A DNA stretch of 64,000 nt. It comes from an uncultured Propionivibrio sp. (GTDB lineage: Bacteria; Pseudomonadota; Gammaproteobacteria; Burkholderiales; Rhodocyclaceae). The position numbers and the translations under genes were made by a program. The first letter of the stretch is position 1; each line of letters begins with the position of its first letter. Shown here piece after piece: positions 10,514-20,731 of the stretch. The notes beneath the pieces were generated by a model. It made no database searches. It was not told the DNA's origin and saw only the letters and a list, made by a program, of their open reading frames with translations. The stretch covers positions 664,551 through 728,550 of the forward strand of contig NZ_CAXXPH010000001.1 in assembly GCF_963666255.2 (NCBI RefSeq). The letters run 5' to 3'.

Positions 10514-11805
10514 TGTCCGCCATCGAACGCCTCCCGAGCATCGACCACGGCCTGCTGCGCTTCCTCACCTGCGGCAGCGTCGACGACGGCAAGAGCACGC
10601 TGATCGGTCGCCTGCTCTATGACACCAAGGCGATCCTCGTCGATACGCTCTCGGCGATCGAGCGCACGTCGAAAAAGCGCGGCCTCGACGCCATCGACCT
10701 GTCGCTATTAACGGACGGCCTGCAAGCCGAGCGCGAGCAAGGCATCACCATCGACGTCGCCTACCGCTATTTCAACACCGGCACGCGCAAGTACATCATC
10801 GCCGACGCGCCGGGACACGAGCAGTACACGCGCAACATGGTGACCGCCGCCTCGACTGCCGATCTCGCCGTCATCCTGATCGATGCGCGCAAAGGCGTGC
10901 TGACGCAGACGCGCCGCCACTCGTACCTGGCCCAACTCGTCAACATCCCGCACCTTGTCGTCGCCATCAACAAGATGGACCTCGTCGACTATGCACAGGA
11001 CCGCTTCGACACGATCGTCGCCGACTATCTCGATTTCGCCGTCCAGCTCGTCGGTGCCGAGAAAGCGAAGAATGTGCGCTTCATTCCGATCTCGGCGCTT
11101 AACGGCGACATGGTCGTCGAACGCGGCGAGCGGCTCGACTGGTACGACGGCCCGACGCTGCTCGACCTGCTTGAAGCCGCGCCGCCGGCCCACATCGATC
11201 ACGACGAGGCCTTCCGTTTTCCCGTGCAATACGTCTGCCGTCCGCAGGAGTCGGCCAACCCCGAACTGCATGACTATCGCGGGTTCATGGGCCGCATCGA
11301 ATCCGGACATATCGCCGTCGGCGACGCCGTCACCGTCTTGCCGTCGGGACGCCAAAGCCGCATCCGCGCCATCGAAGTCTTCGGCACGCAGTTCGACGCT
11401 GCCGATGCGGAACAGTCGGTGACGCTCCTGCTCGACGACGAGATCGACATCTCGCGCGGCGACATGATCGTCAAAACTGACGAACAGCCGCCCGTCGTCC
11501 GCCAGATCGAAGCGATGCTTTGCTGGCTCTCCGAAGCGCCGCTCGACCCGCGCCGGAAATATCTCATCCGGCATACGACGCGCGACACCAAGGCGATGCT
11601 CGAAGGCATCGAAGAGCGAATCGACGTGAATACACTGGAACGCCTGCCAGCCGAACGCCTGGAGATGAATGACATCGCCCGCGTCTGCTTCAAGCTGGCG
11701 CAGCCGGTTTTTCCCGATCCTTACGTGAAGAACCGCAGCACCGGCGCCTTCATCGTCATCGACGAGGCCAGCAACAACACCGTCGGCGCCGGCATGATCC
11801 TGTAA
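10513..11805 (+). CDS. cysN: Sulfate adenylyltransferase subunit 1 (GTPase, no APS-kinase fusion)
   Basis: CGSVDDGKSTLIGRLL, EREQGITIDVAYRYF, NKMD. Ends at NTVGAGMIL. Confidence 0.96.
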   Translation: MSAIERLPSIDHGLLRFLTCGSVDDGKSTLIGRLLYDTKAILVDTLSAIERTSKKRGLDAIDLSLLTDGLQAEREQGITIDVAYRYFNTGTRKYIIADAPGHEQYTRNMVTAASTADLAVILIDARKGVLTQTRRHSYLAQLVNIPHLVVAINKMDLVDYAQDRFDTIVADYLDFAVQLVGAEKAKNVRFIPISALNGDMVVERGERLDWYDGPTLLDLLEAAPPAHIDHDEAFRFPVQYVCRPQESANPELHDYRGFMGRIESGHIAVGDAVTVLPSGRQSRIRAIEVFGTQFDAADAEQSVTLLLDDEIDISRGDMIVKTDEQPPVVRQIEAMLCWLSEAPLDPRRKYLIRHTTRDTKAMLEGIEERIDVNTLERLPAERLEMNDIARVCFKLAQPVFPDPYVKNRSTGAFIVIDEASNNTVGAGMIL

Positions 11806-11827
11806 TAGCCCGGAGCGCGAGCGCCGG

Positions 11828-12922
11828 CTAAACCGCCGCGTACTCGCGCGCCAGGCGAATACAGGTGCGGGCCAGAATCGACGTCGGATCGACGACCGCC
11901 ACGCGCCGCCCGGCAATCAACGCGTCCGGGCACTCCGGTGCCAGCAGCGGCAATTCGGTACAGCCAAGAATCAGCACCTCGGCGCCGCGCTCGACCAGCG
12001 CGCTCATCGCAACGTTCAGGTCCTCTGCGCACACGCCGGTGACATAACCGGCCTTGACGCCGCGCGGTCCATAAATTGCGGCCATGACGCGGGCCTGGTC
12101 GTTTTCGTCCGGCACCATCAAGGTGATGCCGAGCGCCTCGGCGACCGCATGATAGGCGCGCGTGCGGATGGTTCCGTTCGTCGCCAGCAGGCCAACCTGC
12201 CGACCCGGATAGGTGTCGCGAATATGGCCGAGCGTCGCTTCGAGCATGTTGACGATCGGAATCGACAGTCCCGGCTGAATTCTCGGCACGAACACATGCG
12301 CCGTATTGCACGGGATGGCGATGACACTCGCGCCGGCCGCTTCAAGTCGCTTGGCCGTCGCATACAGCGCAATGGTTGGATCGGCACCGCCGTCGAGCAG
12401 ATGCGCCGTCCTGTCGGGAATCTGCGGATTCTGCTCGACAATGACCTTGACATGATCCTGATCGCAACGCGCATCGGTATTGACGACGATCTTGTCGAGA
12501 AGATCGACGGTCGCCGCCGGACCGACGCCGCCGACGACACCGATCCTGAATGGCTGCTTCGCCGGCGCCGGCAGACGCCCCTCGGCGACGAGGTGCACGG
12601 CATCGGCCAGCCGCAGCAGCGTCACCGTCACTTCCGGGCGTAATTCCTCCAGCACCTCCGCCACCAGCACATCGGCGACGATCACGGCGTCGACGCCGGC
12701 ACGCTCAAGGCGGCAGACGCCGTCGTACAGGGCGCGTTTGAACGCTGCCGAACCGCTCGTCCCGGCGTCGGACAGCGCGTCCGCATCGACGATCCATTGC
12801 GGCTGGACGGCACCGCCACACGCTGCCTTGAACTGCGCAGCAAGGTCTTCTCCGGCGGCATCCATCCCCGCCAGGAGGCCGAAGCGCGGCGCGCGCTTCG
12901 TTGGCTCCAAAGAAAGATTCAT
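11828..12922 (-). CDS. Aspartate/glutamate racemase family protein with extra degenerate N-terminal half-domain
   Basis: IGVVGGVGP, IPCNTAH and LGCTELP (two catalytic Cys) in the C-terminal ~240 aa. Confidence 0.88.
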   Translation of the reverse strand: MNLSLEPTKRAPRFGLLAGMDAAGEDLAAQFKAACGGAVQPQWIVDADALSDAGTSGSAAFKRALYDGVCRLERAGVDAVIVADVLVAEVLEELRPEVTVTLLRLADAVHLVAEGRLPAPAKQPFRIGVVGGVGPAATVDLLDKIVVNTDARCDQDHVKVIVEQNPQIPDRTAHLLDGGADPTIALYATAKRLEAAGASVIAIPCNTAHVFVPRIQPGLSIPIVNMLEATLGHIRDTYPGRQVGLLATNGTIRTRAYHAVAEALGITLMVPDENDQARVMAAIYGPRGVKAGYVTGVCAEDLNVAMSALVERGAEVLILGCTELPLLAPECPDALIAGRRVAVVDPTSILARTCIRLAREYAAV

Positions 12923-12952
12923 TGCATCATGCGCGCCGCAACAAGGGCACGC

Positions 12953-14371
12953 CTATTTCTCGAATTTCGGGTTGATCAGGTTGTCGAACGAAAATACCTC
13001 GTCCCAGTGCGCTTGCGTCATCAACTGGCGCTCCTTGACGACCACGTCGTGCAGGGACTTGCCGGAGCTGTGACACTCGCGCGCGATCTCGGCACACTGC
13101 TTGTAGCCGAGCGACGGCTTGAGGACCGTAATGATACCCAAGGAATTGAGTACCATGTTGCGCGCATGCTCAGCATTGGCGGTGATGCCGTCCACACAGT
13201 TGACGCGCAGGCTATTGACCGCGTTCTCCATCGTGAAGATCGATTTGAACAGGGCGTAGGTGATCACCGGCTCCATGACGTTGAGCTGAAGCTGACCGGC
13301 CGACGCGGCCAGTGTCACGGTCAGGTCGAGTCCGATGACGAGGAAGCTGGCCTGATTGACGACTTCCGGGATGACCGGATTGACCTTCCCCGGCATGATC
13401 GAACTGCCCGGCTGCATCTGCGGCAGGTTGATCTCGTTGAAGCCGCAGCGCGGTCCCGACGAGAGCAGGCGAATGTCATTGCAAATCTTGGTCAGCTTGG
13501 TCGAGGTACGCTTCAACACACCCGAGAGCAGCACGTAGGCGCCGGTATCCGAAGTCGCTTCGACGAGGTCGCCGCCAAGGATGAACTTGTTGTCAGTCAG
13601 TTCTGACAGGTACTTGGTCGCGAGTTCCGGATAGCCGGGCGCCGCCGTCACCGTCGTGCCGATGGCGGTCGCGCCGAGGTTGATCTCGCGCAGCAATTGG
13701 CGCACTTCGGCAATCCGTTCGACTTCTTCGCCGATCGTCGTGCCCCAGCCGTGGAACTCCTGCCCGAGCGACATCGGCACGGCATCCTGCAGGTGCGTGC
13801 GGCCCATCTTGAGGACGCGCTCGAATTCCTTGCCCTTGGCGAAGAACGCGCCTTGCAGCTTGCGCAGCGCTTCCATGTAGCTCGACAGCCGCAGGATCAG
13901 CGCCAGGCGGAACGCGGTCGGATAGACGTCATTGGTCGACTGCCCGAAGTTGACATGATCGTTCGGATTGATGACGTGGTAATCACCCTTCTGGTGACCG
14001 AGCGACTCAAGCGCCACGTTGGCGATCACCTCATTGGCATTCATGTTCACCGAGGTACCGGCGCCACCCTGGATGAAATCGGTAACGAACTGTTCGCGAA
14101 GGTCACCCGCGATCAGGCGGTCACAGGCGCCGATGATGGCGTTGGCGATCTTGCCGTCGAGACAGCCGAGATCGCGGTTGGCCATGGCCGCCGCCTTCTT
14201 GACGTAACCGAGCGCCTTGACGAAATACGGCTCGGCCGACATCGGCGTTCCGGTGATGTAGAAGTTGTCCTTGCCGCGCTGCGTCTGCACGCCATAGTAG
14301 GCGTCCGCAGGAATCTGCCGCTCACCCAGGAAATCCTTCTCGATGCGATAGTTCGTAGTCGTATCCGTCAT
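12953..14371 (-). CDS. aspA: Aspartate ammonia-lyase
   Basis: QGGAGTS.NMNANEV, KMGRTHLQDAVP, fumarase-superfamily GSSIMPGKVNPV. Confidence 0.93.
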   Translation of the reverse strand: MTDTTTNYRIEKDFLGERQIPADAYYGVQTQRGKDNFYITGTPMSAEPYFVKALGYVKKAAAMANRDLGCLDGKIANAIIGACDRLIAGDLREQFVTDFIQGGAGTSVNMNANEVIANVALESLGHQKGDYHVINPNDHVNFGQSTNDVYPTAFRLALILRLSSYMEALRKLQGAFFAKGKEFERVLKMGRTHLQDAVPMSLGQEFHGWGTTIGEEVERIAEVRQLLREINLGATAIGTTVTAAPGYPELATKYLSELTDNKFILGGDLVEATSDTGAYVLLSGVLKRTSTKLTKICNDIRLLSSGPRCGFNEINLPQMQPGSSIMPGKVNPVIPEVVNQASFLVIGLDLTVTLAASAGQLQLNVMEPVITYALFKSIFTMENAVNSLRVNCVDGITANAEHARNMVLNSLGIITVLKPSLGYKQCAEIARECHSSGKSLHDVVVKERQLMTQAHWDEVFSFDNLINPKFEK

Positions 14372-14432
14372 GTCGCGCTCCGCGTTAAGATAATGCATTC
14401 ATACTACGGCGCAACAAAGCACACGGCGGCCT

Positions 14433-14453
14433 GTTATGCATTAATCGCATAAC
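14433..14453. promoter_or_regulatory. LysR-type operator palindrome GTTATGC-N7-GCATAAC (T-N11-A)
   Basis: Perfect 7-bp inverted repeat between divergent aspA and the LysR gene. Confidence 0.7.
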
Positions 14454-14498
14454 GATCAATACAAGCCGAATGACGACCATGCGCGGTCCGGGGACATC

Positions 14499-15440
14499 AT
14501 GCAAATCAAATGGATCGAGGACTTCCTCACGCTCACCGACACCCACGCCTTTTCGCGTGCCGCCGAGCGCCGCAACGTTTCGCAGCCGACCTTCAGCCGC
14601 CACATCCAGGCGCTCGAACACTGGCTCGGCGTCGAACTGATCGACCGCAGCATGCAGGGCGTCCATCTGACCGCCGCAGGCCGGATCTTCCGCGGTTTCG
14701 CCGCCGACCTGCTGCGCCGCACCTATGACATGCGCACCGTGCTGCGCGGCCAGGCGCCGGGCAGCGCCGAAACCGTCCATTTCTCGGTCGCCCATACGCT
14801 CTCGCTGTTTTTCTTTCCCCCTTGGCTCAGCCGCCTCAAGGCGGAAATGCGCAACGTCATCGCCCGTGTCAGTTCCGTCAACATTTCCGAAGGCGCCAGC
14901 GCGCTGGCCGAAGGCGGCACCGAGTTGCTGATCATCTACCATCATCCGCAACTGCCGGTGTTGCTGAGTCCCGAACGCTTCGAGCATCAGGTGCTCGCCA
15001 AAGACATCATGCGGCCGTTCTCGGCCCCGCTCAAGGACGGCGCGCCCCGCTTCGCCCTGCCCGGATCGCTTGACCGGCCGCTGCCTTTTCTCGCTTATTC
15101 GCCGAGCACCTACCTCGCCCACACGGTCGAAATGATCCTGTTCAACGCCAACCAGCGCTGCCACCTCGAACGCGCCTTCGACACGCACATGTCGGAAGCG
15201 CTCAAGGCCATGGTCATCGAAGGGCACGGCATTGCCTGGCTGCCGGAGAGCTGCGTCAGCAAGGAACTGGCCCAGAAAGCGCTGGTCAGCGCCGGATCAC
15301 CGGCCTGGAGTTGCACGCTTGAAGTCCGGCTCTATCGCTCGCGCGAAAACACCAATCCGCTCGTCGATCGCATCTGGTCGTTCTTCAGGAAGCGCATTGC
15401 CGCCGAAAACGCACCGGCCGCCCCCCGCGAGGCGCAATAA
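14499..15440 (+). CDS. LysR-family regulator, probable regulator of aspA-racemase
   Basis: N-terminal HTH WIEDFL.L.....FSRAAE.RNVSQPTFSRHIQALE. Confidence 0.9.
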   Translation: MQIKWIEDFLTLTDTHAFSRAAERRNVSQPTFSRHIQALEHWLGVELIDRSMQGVHLTAAGRIFRGFAADLLRRTYDMRTVLRGQAPGSAETVHFSVAHTLSLFFFPPWLSRLKAEMRNVIARVSSVNISEGASALAEGGTELLIIYHHPQLPVLLSPERFEHQVLAKDIMRPFSAPLKDGAPRFALPGSLDRPLPFLAYSPSTYLAHTVEMILFNANQRCHLERAFDTHMSEALKAMVIEGHGIAWLPESCVSKELAQKALVSAGSPAWSCTLEVRLYRSRENTNPLVDRIWSFFRKRIAAENAPAAPREAQ

Positions 15441-15441
15441 A

Positions 15442-15469
15442 AAAGCCGCCCGATCATTCGGGCGGCTTT
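15442..15469. terminator. Bidirectional intrinsic terminator between the convergent LysR and MCP genes
   Basis: AAAGCCGCCCGA-TCAT-TCGGGCGGCTTT, 12-bp stem. Confidence 0.85.
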
Positions 15470-15490
15470 GCAGTCAGGAACGGCGATGCG

Positions 15491-17368
15491 TCAGACCCGG
15501 AAACGCCCGACCACTGCGTGCAAGGAGGCCGACAAGGCACTCAACTCGGTCACCGTCTGCCGCGCCGACTGGACAGTCCGATCGGTTTCCATGGTCATGC
15601 GATTGACCTCTTCGGCCGAATGCGCCATCTCATTGGTCGCCACCGACTGCTCACGCGTCGATTCCGCGATATCGCGGATCGATGCCACCACGCCCTCAAT
15701 CTCGCTCTGGATTCCGGAAATCTCCGAAGCCACCGCCTGCGAGGCGCTGACGCCATCGGCGACGGACACCTGCGTCTCACCCATGTCGGAGAGCGCCGAC
15801 CGGATGTCGGTATGCGTCGAGTCGATCAATTGACCGATCTCGACGGTCGCCTTGGCGGTTCGCTCGGCGAGCTTCCGCACTTCGTCGGCGACCACGGCGA
15901 AGCCACGCCCGGACTCGCCGGCGCGCGCGGCCTCGATCGCCGCATTCAGCGCCAGCAGATTGGTCTGGTCAGCAATCTCGCGAATTGACCCGATGATGGC
16001 GTTCATCGCACCGGAACGCTCACCCAACGCCCCAAGCGTTGCCGCCAGTTTTCCAACCTCGTTCGAGATTTTCTCCATGCCGACGGCCAGATCATGCACG
16101 GCACCGACCGAATGACTCGATACCTCGCCCGTCTTGCCAGCCGCTTCCTCCGCTTGCTTGGCATTCTCGGCGATGTGGTTGATGCTGACAGTGATCTCTT
16201 CGATCGTCGCCGCCGTCGAACTTAATGTTTCCGCTTGCCGCTCCGATTCTTCCGCCATCGACTGCGTCGCGCCGTTGAGCGACTCGATGCCCGAATTCAG
16301 CGAATCGGCATTTTCGCGGACCTCAACGACCATGGCGCGCAGGCGCTCGATAAAGCGATTGAAGGCGCCCGCCGTCTGACCGATCTCGTCGTCCGTCCCA
16401 ACCGGCAACTGGCGCGTCAGATCACCTTGACCGCTGGAAATCTCGGTCAGGGCATCGCGCAGGCCAAAGAGTCCCTGCAGCAGGCGGCTCAGCGCGATGT
16501 TGGCCAGCAAGACGCCCAGCAATGCGATCGAAACACCGGCAAGCACTTGCCACCACAGGAGAGAACGTACCGGCGCAAGCACCGCAGCCTGATCAACGAC
16601 CGCGCAGAGAACCCAGTCGGCGCCCGGGACAGCCGAGGCAACGACATAGCTCGGGCGTCCGCCGATCTCGATTTCATGCAGCTTGACGCTTTGATCGGCC
16701 GACTGAATCAACGCGAGATCCATCCCCGGCACGATTTCCCCAACCGGCTTCAGGGCGGACTCGGGTTTGGCGTGCGCAACGATTTTGCCATCGCGGGTGG
16801 AGAGAAAGGCAAAGCCATGGCCGCGCAAATCAATCCCTTTGACGAGGCCGATGATCTCCTCGAGTGAGATGTCGCCGCCGACCGCACCGGCGACGCCGTT
16901 GGCTTCGAACTGCTTGGCGACGGTGATACCCAACTGCTTCGTACTGGCGAAGACGTAAGGCGCACTGACGATGACCTCGCGGGTTGTCGAGGCTTGCTTG
17001 TACCACGGCCGCGCCGTCGGATCATAGCCTTCCGGCGGCTTCTTCTCCGACAGGTGATAGACCATGCGTTTGTCGGCATAGCCGGCAAAGGTCTGATCGT
17101 ACTTGCCCGACTCCTTGCCGAGCACCAGGGACGGGATCGGGTTCGACGCATGCGTAAGAGCGTTCGCCGTTGCAGAGATGGCATCCGACCGCTGCGCAAC
17201 CCAGCGTGACAACGCCGCACGATTACCCTGAATCGCCGCATCAATTTCCTGCGTGACGCCGACGACGATCTCGCCGCGCATCTGCCAATACGACACACCT
17301 GACAACAGCGCGACGGCAACGATCAAAAGCGCCGCCACAAAAACCAGTAACCGCTGTTTCAGCGACAT
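15491..17368 (-). CDS. Methyl-accepting chemotaxis protein with dCache sensor and HAMP domain
   Basis: Two TM segments, YDPTARPWY (dCache_1), [39 protein letters not shown]. Confidence 0.95.
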   Translation of the reverse strand: MSLKQRLLVFVAALLIVAVALLSGVSYWQMRGEIVVGVTQEIDAAIQGNRAALSRWVAQRSDAISATANALTHASNPIPSLVLGKESGKYDQTFAGYADKRMVYHLSEKKPPEGYDPTARPWYKQASTTREVIVSAPYVFASTKQLGITVAKQFEANGVAGAVGGDISLEEIIGLVKGIDLRGHGFAFLSTRDGKIVAHAKPESALKPVGEIVPGMDLALIQSADQSVKLHEIEIGGRPSYVVASAVPGADWVLCAVVDQAAVLAPVRSLLWWQVLAGVSIALLGVLLANIALSRLLQGLFGLRDALTEISSGQGDLTRQLPVGTDDEIGQTAGAFNRFIERLRAMVVEVRENADSLNSGIESLNGATQSMAEESERQAETLSSTAATIEEITVSINHIAENAKQAEEAAGKTGEVSSHSVGAVHDLAVGMEKISNEVGKLAATLGALGERSGAMNAIIGSIREIADQTNLLALNAAIEAARAGESGRGFAVVADEVRKLAERTAKATVEIGQLIDSTHTDIRSALSDMGETQVSVADGVSASQAVASEISGIQSEIEGVVASIRDIAESTREQSVATNEMAHSAEEVNRMTMETDRTVQSARQTVTELSALSASLHAVVGRFRV

Positions 17369-17491
17369 AATCCCTCCGTTTGAAAATTATTGTAATAGCC
17401 GTTGGTCAGTACCTCGCCCTGCCACCGGTTCATCATAGGCGACTTTCATAGCGGCCGGCAATCCGTATAACCCGTATCAAGACAGCGCAAT

Positions 17492-17522
17492 AAAAAAACG
17501 GGAGCCGCCGAAGCGCTCCCGT
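17492..17522 (-). terminator. Intrinsic terminator of terC
   Basis: ACGGGAGC...GCTCCCGT stem with an A7 run on the left (U-tract on the minus strand). Confidence 0.75.
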
Positions 17523-17547
17523 CTGGTTGATACTTAAATACCCGGTT

Positions 17548-18270
17548 TCAGCCACGCTCGATGACATGCTCCTCATCGTCGTCGAGCATCTGGACCATGT
17601 CCGAAGATGCCGGCGATTTCGCCACGCGATTGCGCCACCAGCCATAGCCGATCACACCAACCGTCAAGAGCAACGCCAGGTACGGCGTGTCATGGAAGAT
17701 GCCAGGCAGATACGGCTGCACCGCCTTGTCGCCCTCGATCATCTCGCCCGCCGTGTAAGCGATCAGGCCCGCACCGATATAGACGATCACCGGATAGCGC
17801 GCGATCAGCTTCATGATGATCGTGCTGCCGAAAACAATCAGCGGAATCGACAGGACGAGACCGGTGATCAGCAGCGCCCAGTCACCCTTGGCGATGCCGG
17901 CGATGGCCAGCGTGTTGTCGAGGCTCATGACAACGTCAGCGACCAGGATCGTCTTCACCGCGGCCAGCAGGTTGTCCTGCGCCTGATGCGCCTCACCTTC
18001 ACCGTGTTCGTCCTCGATCAGCAGCTTGATGGCGATCCAGACCAGCAGAAGCGCACCGAAAAACTGCAGGAAGGGTACTTTCAGCAGGGCGACGGCGATG
18101 ATGGTCAGAATCACGCGCAGCACAATGGCGCCGCCGCTTCCCCAGAGAACCGCCTGTTTCTGTTGATGTGCCGGAAGATTTCGCGCCGCCAGCGCGATTA
18201 CGACGGCATTGTCACCGGAGAGCACGATGTTAACCATCATGATCTGCATCAGGGCAATCAAAAAATCCAT
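17548..18270 (-). CDS. TerC/YjbE-family metal homeostasis membrane protein
   Basis: NIVLSGDNAVVIALA, ADVVMSLDN.LAIAG, GL.LSIPLI.FGS. Confidence 0.9.
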   Translation of the reverse strand: MDFLIALMQIMMVNIVLSGDNAVVIALAARNLPAHQQKQAVLWGSGGAIVLRVILTIIAVALLKVPFLQFFGALLLVWIAIKLLIEDEHGEGEAHQAQDNLLAAVKTILVADVVMSLDNTLAIAGIAKGDWALLITGLVLSIPLIVFGSTIIMKLIARYPVIVYIGAGLIAYTAGEMIEGDKAVQPYLPGIFHDTPYLALLLTVGVIGYGWWRNRVAKSPASSDMVQMLDDDEEHVIERG

Positions 18271-18397
18271 GTCCACTTGTCTCCTTGATTCTGCAAGCGC
18301 AATTCGAAAATAACGCCAGGCTTCATTCAATTTCACAAGGCGAAAACATCATTCGTCTTGTGGCAAGATTAATCCAACGGAAACGAATCGTAGAGGG

Positions 18398-18427
18398 CGA
18401 CTGCTATTCCAGCAAGTCGTTTTTTTT
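18398..18427 (+). terminator. Orphan plus-strand terminator-like hairpin with T8 tail
   Basis: CGACT-GCT/ATTCC/AGC-A-AGTCG followed by TTTTTTTT. No plus-strand gene lies upstream. Confidence 0.5.
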
Positions 18428-18473
18428 CCGAAACACATCGTCTTTTTCGAAGTATTGCGAATAACACGAAGGC

Positions 18474-18508
18474 AAAAAAACAGGGGCGCCTGACGCGGCC
18501 GCCCCCTG
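18474..18508 (-). terminator. Intrinsic terminator of tyrS
   Basis: CAGGGG...CCCCTG GC stem with an A7 run on the left. Confidence 0.75.
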
Positions 18509-18533
18509 CCTTGATGCCAGCCACCTGGACGTA

Positions 18534-19808
18534 TTACGCCCAGCGCAGCATCGCGTAGTTTTTCTTGCCCCGCCGGAGCAGCGTGAAGCGCCCGAAGCGC
18601 CGATCCGCCTCGCCAAACTGGTGATCGATGGCATCCACCTTGGCGCTGTTCACCAGCACGCTGCCGCCCTGGACGAAGCTGCGCGCCTCGCTCTTCGACT
18701 TCGCCAGACCCGACGCCACCAAGGCATCGAGGAGTCCGGTCGCCGACGCGTCAAGCGTGACACCCGGCACGCCGTCCTGCGCCAATTGTTCGAGATCGTT
18801 TTCGTTCAGCGCGTCGAGGCTCCCCGAAAAGAGGCATTGCGAAATGCGCTGTGCCGCCTCAAGCGCGGCCCGGCCATGGACGAGTTCGGTCGCCTGCTCG
18901 GCAAGAATGCGCTGCGCTTCCGGTTTTTGACCGCTGGCCTTGTCGGCCGCTTCGATCGCATCGATGTCGGCGACCGAGAGGAAGGTGAAGAAACGCATGA
19001 AGCGATAAACGTCGGCATCCGCCGTGTTGAGCCAGAACTGATAGAAAGCGTAGGGCGACGTTTTTTTGGGGTCGAGCCAGACGGCGCCGGATTCCGTCTT
19101 GCCAAACTTCGTGCCGTCCGACTTGGTGATCAGCGGCACGGTCAAGCCATAGGCCTGCTGTTGATGCAGGCGACGCGTCAGATCGGTGCCAGCAACGATA
19201 TTGCCCCACTGGTCGGAGCCACCGACTTGCAGGATGCAGCCATGTCGCTTGTAGAGTTCAGCAAAATCGTAGCCCTGCAACAGGCTGTAGGAAAACTCGG
19301 TATAGGAAATGCCCTGGTCCTCGCGTACCAGGCGCTGTTGCACCGATTCCTTCTTGATCATCGCATTGACGGAGAAATGCTTGCCGATGTCGCGCAGGAA
19401 TTCGAGGCAGTTCATGCTGCCGAACCAGTCATAGTTGTTGGCCATGATCGCCGCGTTCGGGCCATCAAAATCGAGGAAGGGCGCAACCTGATCGCGAATC
19501 TTGCCAACCCAGCTGGCGATCACCTCGGGCGTATTGAGCTTGCGCTCGGTCGCCTTGAAGCTGGGATCGCCGATCATGCCTGTTGCGCCGCCGACCAGTG
19601 CGATCGGCTTGTGCCCCGCCTGCTGGAAGCGTTTGAGCACCAGCACCGGCACGAGATGTCCGAGATGCAGGCTGTCGGCCGTCGGGTCGAAGCCGCAATA
19701 CAGGGTCACCTGCGACTTGGCCAACAGTTCGTCAAGCGCTTTGGCATCGGTCGTCTGAGCGACCAGGCCACGCGCGTGCAAATCCTGCATCAGGGCTGAC
19801 TGGTACAT
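18534..19808 (-). CDS. tyrS: Tyrosine--tRNA ligase
   Basis: [32 protein letters not shown]-terminal S4 domain RRGKKNY. Confidence 0.97.
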   Translation of the reverse strand: MYQSALMQDLHARGLVAQTTDAKALDELLAKSQVTLYCGFDPTADSLHLGHLVPVLVLKRFQQAGHKPIALVGGATGMIGDPSFKATERKLNTPEVIASWVGKIRDQVAPFLDFDGPNAAIMANNYDWFGSMNCLEFLRDIGKHFSVNAMIKKESVQQRLVREDQGISYTEFSYSLLQGYDFAELYKRHGCILQVGGSDQWGNIVAGTDLTRRLHQQQAYGLTVPLITKSDGTKFGKTESGAVWLDPKKTSPYAFYQFWLNTADADVYRFMRFFTFLSVADIDAIEAADKASGQKPEAQRILAEQATELVHGRAALEAAQRISQCLFSGSLDALNENDLEQLAQDGVPGVTLDASATGLLDALVASGLAKSKSEARSFVQGGSVLVNSAKVDAIDHQFGEADRRFGRFTLLRRGKKNYAMLRWA

Positions 19809-19846
19809 CGAAACATCTCCGCTTTGTGTCAAGGGTTAAACGAGGG

Positions 19847-19855
19847 ATTCTAGCA
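19847..19855 (-). promoter_or_regulatory. Putative extended -10 promoter (TGcTAGAAT) for tyrS
   Basis: Minus-strand TGCTAGAAT about 40 nt upstream of the tyrS start. Confidence 0.5.
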
Positions 19856-19894
19856 TGCTCCGACAGCCCCTCGCCCACTGCCGGTATCACAGAC

Positions 19895-20656
19895 TCAAGC
19901 GACCGTCAGGCCCCGCGACGTAAAGTGCTGGCGCACGCGCGCCATCGTCGCCGCATCCGGCGGCTCGGTGGCAGCCAACTGATACGGCTTGCGCAGTTCC
20001 TGCCACTTGAATTCGCCCATCTTGTGGAAGGGCAGCATCTCGACACGTTCGACCGTCTTCACCGACGCGACGAAATCGGCCAGGCCTTCAACATGCTCAT
20101 CGATATCGGTGAGCCCCGGCACGACGACGTAGCGTATCCAGATCGATCGTCCAAGACGTTCAAGGCGCCGCGCAAAATCGAGCGTCGGCTGCAGATCGAC
20201 GCCGCACAGACGCCGGTAAGTGTCGGGATCGTAGGACTTGATGTCGAGCATCACGAGATCGATATCGGCCAGCATCGCATCGCTCGCTTTCTCGCCCAGA
20301 TAGCCGGTGGTATCGAGGGCGGTATGCAAGTTCATTTCCTTGCAACCGCGCAGGATCGAACCGACAAATGCCGGCTGCACCAGCGGCTCGCCGCCGCTGA
20401 TCGTGACGCCCCCCTTGGCCCGCTTCAGGAAGGTCGAAGTATTCTCGATTTGGTCGAGGATCTCGGCCGACGCGACCCGTTTACCGTGTTTCAGCCGCCA
20501 GCTGTCCGGGTTATGACAATAGAGACAGCGGTGCGGACAGCCCTGCGTGAAGACGACGAAACGCACGCCGGGACCATCGACGGTGCCGAGCGTCTCGAGC
20601 GAATGAATGTAGCCATCGACGGATTGTGTCTTGCGCGGACCGGTACGGATTCTCAT
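19895..20656 (-). CDS. pflA: Pyruvate formate-lyase activating enzyme (radical SAM)
   Basis: GTVDGPGVRFVVFTQGCPHRCLYCHNPDSW, GVTISGGEP, LPFHKMGEFKW. Confidence 0.96.
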   Translation of the reverse strand: MRIRTGPRKTQSVDGYIHSLETLGTVDGPGVRFVVFTQGCPHRCLYCHNPDSWRLKHGKRVASAEILDQIENTSTFLKRAKGGVTISGGEPLVQPAFVGSILRGCKEMNLHTALDTTGYLGEKASDAMLADIDLVMLDIKSYDPDTYRRLCGVDLQPTLDFARRLERLGRSIWIRYVVVPGLTDIDEHVEGLADFVASVKTVERVEMLPFHKMGEFKWQELRKPYQLAATEPPDAATMARVRQHFTSRGLTVA

Positions 20657-20675
20657 GAAACCACCTTCTGTATCG

Positions 20676-20711
20676 AAAAAGGCCGGCTGAACCCGTGGGG
20701 TCCAGCCGGCC
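20676..20711 (-). terminator. Terminator-like hairpin between pflB and pflA
   Basis: GGCCGGCTGGACCC/CAC/GGGTTCAGCCGGCC then TTTTT on the minus strand. Confidence 0.75.
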
Positions 20712-20731
20712 TCATTTTGCTACTTCATCGC

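Noticed and set aside
18271-18533. yybP-ykoY (Mn2+) riboswitch expected upstream of terC
   Set aside because: No GGGGAGUAGC or GAGACC-like hallmark on the minus strand.
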